From a virus (Duplodnaviria; Caudoviricetes), in the IMG/VR virus record IMGVR_UViG_3300020151_001402, positions 1 to 40,136 of that record: a stretch of DNA of 40,136 nucleotides. The stretch is one strand, 5' to 3'. The notes beneath the pieces are model-generated. The model was not told the DNA's origin. It did no database searches and saw nothing but the letters and a program-made list of their open reading frames with translations. Shown piece by piece: positions 34,171 through 40,136 of the stretch (position 1 is the first letter of the stretch; every line of letters begins with the position of its first letter). The position numbers and the translations under genes were made by a program.

Positions 34171-34968
34171 ATGACAAAAGTTACTGTTAAATCAATTTAT
34201 GATATCCCGCTGCTTTCTGCTGAAGGAACCCCTAATTTTTTAGATCAATTTAAAGGTAAGGTAACATTAGTAGCCAATACAACGGTTGGTTGTGGAAATG
34301 CAAACCAAATGGAAGTTCTTCAATGGCTTCAAGAGAAATATCAGGATCAAGGATTTCAAATAATTGCAGTCCCAACAAATGATTTTTGTGGTCCAGGGGT
34401 AACAAAGGGGAAGTGGGCGGAAGGCATTACTTGTGGTACAGATTCAAAGGCTTACGGAGAAGATGTTTATGGAACAACTTTTCAGTATTCAGAAATGGTT
34501 ACCTCTATGCCAAATCGTTTGGCTAATGAATATAGTGAACATAAAGGAAAGCCTGGAGTAAATGGATTAGGTCAACCAATTGGTGAAACTCATGATATGT
34601 ATAAAGAAATTTCATATCAAATGCTAGAACTCAGTAAAATTCAAAATACAATTAATAATGAAGTCCCAGAAGAGGGATTTCTGTCTCCTTGGCTAAACAA
34701 AGGTTTTTACAATGGTGAACTAATGGGTGGAAATTTTGAAAAATATTTAATTGATAAAGATGGATATGTAGTTAAGCATTTTTCTTGCACAATATTAAAC
34801 TATGATATAGAAAAAACCCTTAAAGAAGATTTATTAGAAAAGGGAGTGCTTGCTGAAATGGGAGAAGGAAGAACTCCAGAAGTATTTGATGAAGAGTACG
34901 CTTTTATTTGCAAAGAAATTGAAAAATTAATTGCTGGCAATAAGTCCCCTTTAAATCCAACAAAATAG
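34171..34968 (+). CDS. glutathione peroxidase-like protein (divergent)
   Basis: SIYDI, FKGKVTLVANTTVGCG..NQ..L..L.EKY...GF.IIAVPTNDF, NFEKYLIDKDG; leaderless. Confidence 0.75.
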   Translation: MTKVTVKSIYDIPLLSAEGTPNFLDQFKGKVTLVANTTVGCGNANQMEVLQWLQEKYQDQGFQIIAVPTNDFCGPGVTKGKWAEGITCGTDSKAYGEDVYGTTFQYSEMVTSMPNRLANEYSEHKGKPGVNGLGQPIGETHDMYKEISYQMLELSKIQNTINNEVPEEGFLSPWLNKGFYNGELMGGNFEKYLIDKDGYVVKHFSCTILNYDIEKTLKEDLLEKGVLAEMGEGRTPEVFDEEYAFICKEIEKLIAGNKSPLNPTK

Positions 34969-35008
34969 TATATTTGACATATTACTCTAGTAGATGTATA
35001 CTTAGTAT

Positions 35009-35110
35009 ATGGCTAGAATAATTATATGTCCCGTGTGTAAAAAAGAAATAGAGTCCAGATCACGCATGGCCTCTCAAACCCTGACAAACCATTTAAAGAT
35101 TCATAAATGA
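35009..35110 (+). CDS. C2H2 zinc-finger-like peptide (33 aa)
   Basis: TTGACA-17-TATACT + 6 nt + ATG; CPVC...L.NHLKIH. Confidence 0.6.
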   Translation: MARIIICPVCKKEIESRSRMASQTLTNHLKIHK

Positions 35111-35143
35111 TAGACTGTAAGCATACCTTTGATGTAGACTTAG

Positions 35144-35407
35144 ATGGCAGAGTTGTCTGTACAGCATGCAATATTCATATTGAAGAAACTCAGGTATCCT
35201 TTGAATAGTTATGACATTCCAGATCCTTTTGCTACCTTTGTAGCCAAGAAATATAAAAACTATAAAGGTTATCTATATGATTTCTTTACAGGTGAGTGGT
35301 CGTTTAAATGTTATACATGTGGTGACTCTTTAGATGCCCCGTCAAAAAAGATTATGACTAAGATACATTTGTATCATACAAGGAATGAGTGTTTAAATGG
35401 ATACTGA
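35144..35407 (+). CDS. hypothetical Zn-binding protein (start uncertain, possibly 35201)
   Basis: CYTC...H..H...C. Confidence 0.5.
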   Translation: MAELSVQHAIFILKKLRYPLNSYDIPDPFATFVAKKYKNYKGYLYDFFTGEWSFKCYTCGDSLDAPSKKIMTKIHLYHTRNECLNGY

Positions 35408-36046
35408 AAAACAGTTTGACCAGGAGTTTGATCTTGAAGAGATTACGAAAGCCATTGTTGATCAGGCTAAGTCTGATGTTAAGTCCCGCTTTGGAAACAA
35501 GAAACGGCATCGTCAATGAATATTATTAGAGACATAGAAGCCCATAAACTTGCCTATCTAGAATACAGGGGTAGCGGTTTTGATAAAGATGGTAATTTAC
35601 TTTGGGCTAAAGAAGATGCAGTATCATATGTAGAAGGCTTAGATGCAGCCATCCGTATTATCAAGGGAGAGACAATTGAAATCGAATGAATGTAAAAAAT
35701 GTGGTCTCCACCTAAAAGATCCATTATTTTGGGAGACTCATCAAACCATGCAAGACTCTAATATTTGGTGTGCAAAAAGATGACATTTGCAACTGGCATT
35801 ACCTGTGCTAATTGTTATGGCCCTAATGCTACACAAGTATTACGAATTGGCAATTACTGTGCAGAGTGCTATACTTATATAACAAAGGGGGTTAAAAATG
35901 ATTAATGCACTATTTCTTATTCCTGCTTTTTTTGCAGGGTATGTAGCATGTTATGTTGCAATGACTTATAAGGTTAAGCAAGATTAAAGAACCAAAGATT
36001 ATGCGTATGGACTGGAAGTCTTTAGGCTATGAAAGGGAGTACAAAA

Positions 36047-36295
36047 ATGAAAAACTACGATGGGTACCTAGAGAAGTTTACAACAAACCACAGGACGAAG
36101 ATACTTCCTCTTAGGTGGTTTGCTAACCTTTGTGAGAGTCCTGCTCACTATCATCTACTTAAGTATTTGCGTTATGATGATCGTAAGGATCATGGCTTTC
36201 TTTATCGATACCACGGATTTTTATCAAATCTTTTCTATAAACCCTATCTTAAATGGGGCACGGTATACGAACTTAAAAAGCCTCCGTACAACTAG
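36047..36295 (+). CDS. hypothetical protein
   Basis: GGGAG RBS, ATG 36047. Confidence 0.5.
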   Translation: MKNYDGYLEKFTTNHRTKILPLRWFANLCESPAHYHLLKYLRYDDRKDHGFLYRYHGFLSNLFYKPYLKWGTVYELKKPPYN

Positions 36296-36431
36296 AGCAA
36301 TAAAACTCTGGTCTATCTGATCCGAAAGTATCACCAATAACAACATGACCAGATCTAGCCATATCTAAAATATCAGGATTTACCTGTCCATACACTATGG
36401 GAACTAATCTTGAATTACATTTTTTACACAT
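36273..36431 (-). CDS. Zn-ribbon protein (CxxC..VPIVYG..CxxC)
   Basis: Leaderless, after TGGTATGAT. Confidence 0.6.
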   Translation of the reverse strand: MCKKCNSRLVPIVYGQVNPDILDMARSGHVVIGDTFGSDRPEFYCSSCTEAF

Positions 36432-36611
36432 AATATAATCATACCACACTTGCACAAAAGATCAAAGTTTGATATACTGAGTATATGAAAAATACTTATA
36501 AGTGTCCAGATTGCAAAACCTCTATAGTTATTACTACTAAAGTTCATGAATTGCCAGAATCAATTATATGCCCTTGCGAAACGGTAATGCCGTTAGAATC
36601 ATCTAAGTAAT

Positions 36612-36824
36612 ATGTGGTCGTGGGTGTTGGCTTTTATCGGCGTTTCTGGAATATTCCTTGTTGGTCGTAAGACTATCTGGGGATGGCTTGTTCTATGCCT
36701 AAATGAATGTCTTTGGATCATTTATGCGCTAACAACCAAGCAGTATGGCTTTATCTTTGCAGCAATAGCATACGGAATAGTATACGTTAAGTCATTTATA
36801 CATTGGAGAAAAGATGAGTCGTGA
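36612..36824 (+). CDS. small membrane protein, PnuC-like fragment
   Basis: Three hydrophobic segments; 'GRKTIWGW...NECLWIIYA....QYG'. Confidence 0.6.
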   Translation: MWSWVLAFIGVSGIFLVGRKTIWGWLVLCLNECLWIIYALTTKQYGFIFAAIAYGIVYVKSFIHWRKDES

Positions 36825-37269
36825 TTACTTTAAAAAGTTATGGTCAACTATCTTATCAAATGGTGTGCGCCAGGACTCTGAAGGTAATTGGAATGTTATA
36901 AATTCATCTACTAATAAACGTAGAATGGAAGGTAAAGGATCTAGTGTAGGTGGTGTATCTGGTCCTAATCAGCAACAATGGATCCCCGCTAAAATTTATG
37001 TGACACCAGAAGAATTGAAAGAAATTTGGGATAAGCAAGAAGGCAAGTGTTATTGGTTTGGAGTTGATTTAGACTTAGAACTACTCTACAGGTCTCATGC
37101 CGATTGGATGCCAAAGCACCCAATGTGTCCTAGTATAGATAAGATTGATGTTAATGGTGATTATACAAAAGATAATATTGTGATCACTACAAGGTTTGCA
37201 AACTTTGGTAGGAATGTTTGCGAGTTTGACAAGTTTCATGATATAGTAAAGGTATTAAAAAATGGATAA
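36814..37269 (+). CDS. His-Me finger (HNH-like) endonuclease-fold protein
   Basis: 'W.KQ.GKCYWFG...PSIDKID..GDYTKDNIVIT..FAN.GR'. Confidence 0.6.
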   Translation: MSRDYFKKLWSTILSNGVRQDSEGNWNVINSSTNKRRMEGKGSSVGGVSGPNQQQWIPAKIYVTPEELKEIWDKQEGKCYWFGVDLDLELLYRSHADWMPKHPMCPSIDKIDVNGDYTKDNIVITTRFANFGRNVCEFDKFHDIVKVLKNG

Positions 37270-37361
37270 CTTTTGTGCTTTGTGCGGATCAAGATTAGTT
37301 GGTAGAGATTGTGTTAATTGTTTTAAAAGCAGTAATGCTTTAGCAGAATTTGAGGCAGAAG

Positions 37362-38020
37362 ATGACTAAAGAAATAGAGTTTGAAACTTGGGCTTATGTA
37401 AATAAAATTGAACTTACCCCTGAACTTTATTTACAAAACCAAAGATTTTTAATACTCTCAGAGTTAGAGATGGTTGGATTTCACTGCGATCTTCCTGGAG
37501 AAATGCTTGAGTCGTTAAACTCTAGGCAGTTTGCTGAAGCAGTTGCTGGAATGATTAGAAGAAAAATAAATTTTAATAAGTTAAGTAAAGATAACTGGAA
37601 AAATTACTACTAAAAGGAGATAGACATGACTAAAGAAGATATTGTAGACTTAATGCTAAAGAGCATGAATTCAGATAATAGAACGATTTGTAAACAGGCT
37701 GGGATGGCTGAAGATGAAATGGAACAACAAATCACTGCATCTCAAACACCTTTGCTATATATGCTTTCTAATATGTATGATAGATTAAAGAGTGCTGGAG
37801 CATTGGCCTAACTAAATTGCCTAAATACTATTACAAACCAATTATTGATAAAGTTGAAGAAATTTATTTACAAAATGCAAAAAAATCCTTTTTTGAAAAT
37901 GGTAAATACGATCTCAACATTGTTGTTGTCGTTGAGGCAAACTCTGAAGAGGAGTCTTTAGAAATGCGTAAGGGAGTTACAGATATTCGTATGTGGGAAT
38001 TAGATCATACTGAAGAATAA
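37362..38020 (+). other. three small hypothetical ORFs (37362-37613, 37626-37811, 37817-38020)
   Basis: From the ORF track; AAGGAG RBS before 37626. Confidence 0.55.
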
Positions 38021-38021
38021 T

Positions 38022-38711
38022 TTATTTTTCATAAATAGTTTTATGAGGAAAAGATTTCTTTAAGGTTGTAGCCCAGACTTCTTTAAATGTAATATCATCT
38101 GTTGACGCATAAACAGAATCATTTGTAATCTTATAAGATATTGATTGGTTTGCATTGCTGTGATATATTTTTACATCGGTTGTTTCTATGCCACCAACAT
38201 TAAAAAGATTTCCGTATAAAGATCTCCAAAGACAGTTTTGATCTTTGTCAATAATTGTTTTAAGTTTATTTTTATTCATAATCATCGGAACATGCAGTTC
38301 ATAGTCTAATGGTGATGCCACATTATAATCTTTAAGTGTCTGCTCAGTTACCATTAATTTTTTAATATACGCAGAACCCCTAGATAGTTGCTTAAATCTG
38401 TTTATCTTATTAGATAAAGATCCCCCATGAAAATATTTTATTGTGTCTATTTGTTTTAATATAAAAAAGTCATCATTCATTAAAACAAAATCATCAGATA
38501 TTTCTTCAGAGTTACACAATGCATTAAGATTATTGATGGCATTATTGTATTTTAAACCTATTTGTCCTACATCAATGTAGTTGCCAACATACCAGTTGGG
38601 CTTTCCACCTACAACCCAAACCTTTGCCTCTGGAAAACTATTAATGACAGATCTTATAGAGTATCTTAACTCTTCATTGTCTCCATCACGGCAAATATAA
38701 ACAAAATCCAT
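38022..38711 (-). CDS. glycosyltransferase-like (Stealth/GT-A-related) protein
   Basis: DFVY...NEELRYSIRS, FVLMNDDFF, YELHVPM. Confidence 0.6.
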   Translation of the reverse strand: MDFVYICRDGDNEELRYSIRSVINSFPEAKVWVVGGKPNWYVGNYIDVGQIGLKYNNAINNLNALCNSEEISDDFVLMNDDFFILKQIDTIKYFHGGSLSNKINRFKQLSRGSAYIKKLMVTEQTLKDYNVASPLDYELHVPMIMNKNKLKTIIDKDQNCLWRSLYGNLFNVGGIETTDVKIYHSNANQSISYKITNDSVYASTDDITFKEVWATTLKKSFPHKTIYEK

Positions 38712-38773
38712 TAACACTCCACCTTTATTACAAGTATATCAGAGTCTGGTATACTTATATAAATACACGATAG

Positions 38774-39742
38774 GTGGGTCTTTTGGCTAATATAGTTTTT
38801 CTTGGTAACTTTGAGGTACCTTATAGCAGTGAGAATCATCACGCTAAATCTTTAGAAACGCTTGGCCATACCGTTCAAAAATTGCAAGAAAAGAAAATAA
38901 CAAGCGATGTTATTCTTGAGCAATCTTTAAAGTCAGATCTATTTGTCTGGGTTCATACACACAAGTGGGTTACCCCAGGAACAATGCCGATGGATGTAGT
39001 CCTTCAACGCTTAAAGGATGCCAACATCCCAACCATGACATACCATCTTGATCTTTGGTTTGGAATTGAAAGACAAAAAGATTTAGAGCAAGATAACTTT
39101 TATAAAACAATTGGACACTTCTTTACAGTAGATAAATTAATGGCTGATTGGTTTAACGAAAATACAAGCGTAAAAGGACACTTCTTAACTGCTGGAGTGT
39201 ATGACAAAGAATGCTATATCCACCAAGACTATGATAAATATAATTTTGAGTATGATGTTATTTTTGTTGGAAGCAAGGGATACCACCCAGAATATAAGTA
39301 TAGACCACAACTAATAGAATACTTAAGAAAAGTTTATGGTAAAAGATTTCTTCATGTAGGCGGAGATGGTGACACTGGAACAATTCGTGGAGATGCATTA
39401 AATAAGATCTATGCAAAAAGCAAGGTAGCCATTGGAGATAGTTTAAATATAAACTTTAACTATCCTTACTATACAAGTGATAGACTGTTTGAGAGTACTG
39501 GTCGTGGTGGCTTTACCATCTACCCTCGCATTAAAGGGCTAGAAGATTACTTCATTGATGAAGAAGAAATTGTTTTTTATGAACACGGAAATCTTGAAGA
39601 TCTAAAATCTAAAATTGATGAGTATATATTTAATGGAACATTACGAGAACACATTAGATTTGCTGGTCATGAAAGAACAAAGAAAGAGCACACCTACGTC
39701 CACAGATGGTCTACAATACTAGAAACTTTAAATATAAAATGA
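38774..39742 (+). CDS. GT-B glycosyltransferase (CgeB-like)
   Basis: YDVIFVGS, R..LI..L, LN.IY..SKV.IG, SDRLFE..G.GGF, I..AG.ER..KEHTY.HR. Confidence 0.8.
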   Translation: MGLLANIVFLGNFEVPYSSENHHAKSLETLGHTVQKLQEKKITSDVILEQSLKSDLFVWVHTHKWVTPGTMPMDVVLQRLKDANIPTMTYHLDLWFGIERQKDLEQDNFYKTIGHFFTVDKLMADWFNENTSVKGHFLTAGVYDKECYIHQDYDKYNFEYDVIFVGSKGYHPEYKYRPQLIEYLRKVYGKRFLHVGGDGDTGTIRGDALNKIYAKSKVAIGDSLNINFNYPYYTSDRLFESTGRGGFTIYPRIKGLEDYFIDEEEIVFYEHGNLEDLKSKIDEYIFNGTLREHIRFAGHERTKKEHTYVHRWSTILETLNIK

Positions 39743-40136
39743 AATATTTAGTTACTGGCGGTGCTGGTTTCATTGGATCAAACCTTGTTGATAAGTTAAT
39801 TAGTCTTGGCCACGATGTTATTTGTATTGATGATGAGTCTGCAGAATGTCACGAACAGTTCTATTGGAATGATAAAGCACAAAACTATAAGTATGACATT
39901 TGCGATTATGATTTAGTTGCCCCACTATTTAAAGATATTGATTGCGTATTTCATGTTGCATCTGATGCAAGAATACAGCCAGCAATACTAAACCCTAAAA
40001 AATCTATTCAATCAAACGCAGTAGGAACAGCCAATGTTCTTGAACTTTGTAGGGTTAATAATGTAGATAGATTAATCTATTCAAGCACATCTTCTTCTTA
40101 TGGGAAAAGGGCTTTGCTTCCAAACCAAGAAACCCA
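39739..40136 (+). CDS. NAD-dependent nucleotide-sugar epimerase/dehydratase (partial, runs off the window)
   Basis: MKYLVTGGAGFIGSNLVDKL...VFHVAS...N..GT.NVLE...YSSTSSSYG. Confidence 0.9.
   Translation, partial: MKYLVTGGAGFIGSNLVDKLISLGHDVICIDDESAECHEQFYWNDKAQNYKYDICDYDLVAPLFKDIDCVFHVASDARIQPAILNPKKSIQSNAVGTANVLELCRVNNVDRLIYSSTSSSYGKRALLPNQET

Noticed and set aside
1-40136. Alternative genetic code or stop-codon recoding
   Set aside because: Genes are intact and densely packed under the standard code, and TAA, TAG and TGA are all used as stops.

Overview
This is a 40 kb, AT-rich segment of a large tailed dsDNA phage. The host is probably an actinobacterium, inferred from AGAAAGG Shine-Dalgarno sites, many leaderless genes, a Gp88-like gene and RecA-NDp/PafBC-type promoters. 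Four zones are visible. (1) 1-19.6 kb, mostly minus strand: virion-protein genes enclosing a ~12 kb enzyme block with six prolyl-hydroxylase-like 2OG-Fe(II) oxygenases, two DUF6065-like proteins, an SDR, sulfotransferase-like proteins, two TylF-like methyltransferases, a radical SAM/SPASM enzyme, an IMPDH/GMPR-like enzyme and a degenerate Dps. The block lies directly downstream of two tandem genes built as FN3 domain + (PPFF/PYF)n repeat + C-terminal Hint domain lacking the splicing Asn. (2) 20.2-31.6 kb: a divergently transcribed early/host-takeover region of small ORFs, a DUF932 gene and tRNA-Asp. It is punctuated by a repeated intergenic module: stop codon, covarying mini-pseudoknot, CCGG (the only CCGGs I found in the window), CRP-type TGTGA-N6-TCACA box, promoter. 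Eleven promoters fit the actinobacterial DNA-damage (PafBC) motif TGTCRG-N10-TAnnnT. (3) 31.6-32.3 kb: an origin-like array of inverted short repeats around a perfect TTGACA-17-TATAAT promoter. (4) 32.3-40.1 kb: glycosyltransferases, a sulfotransferase-like gene, a glutathione peroxidase-like gene and small hypothetical genes. All calls come from reading motifs by eye; no database searches were run.
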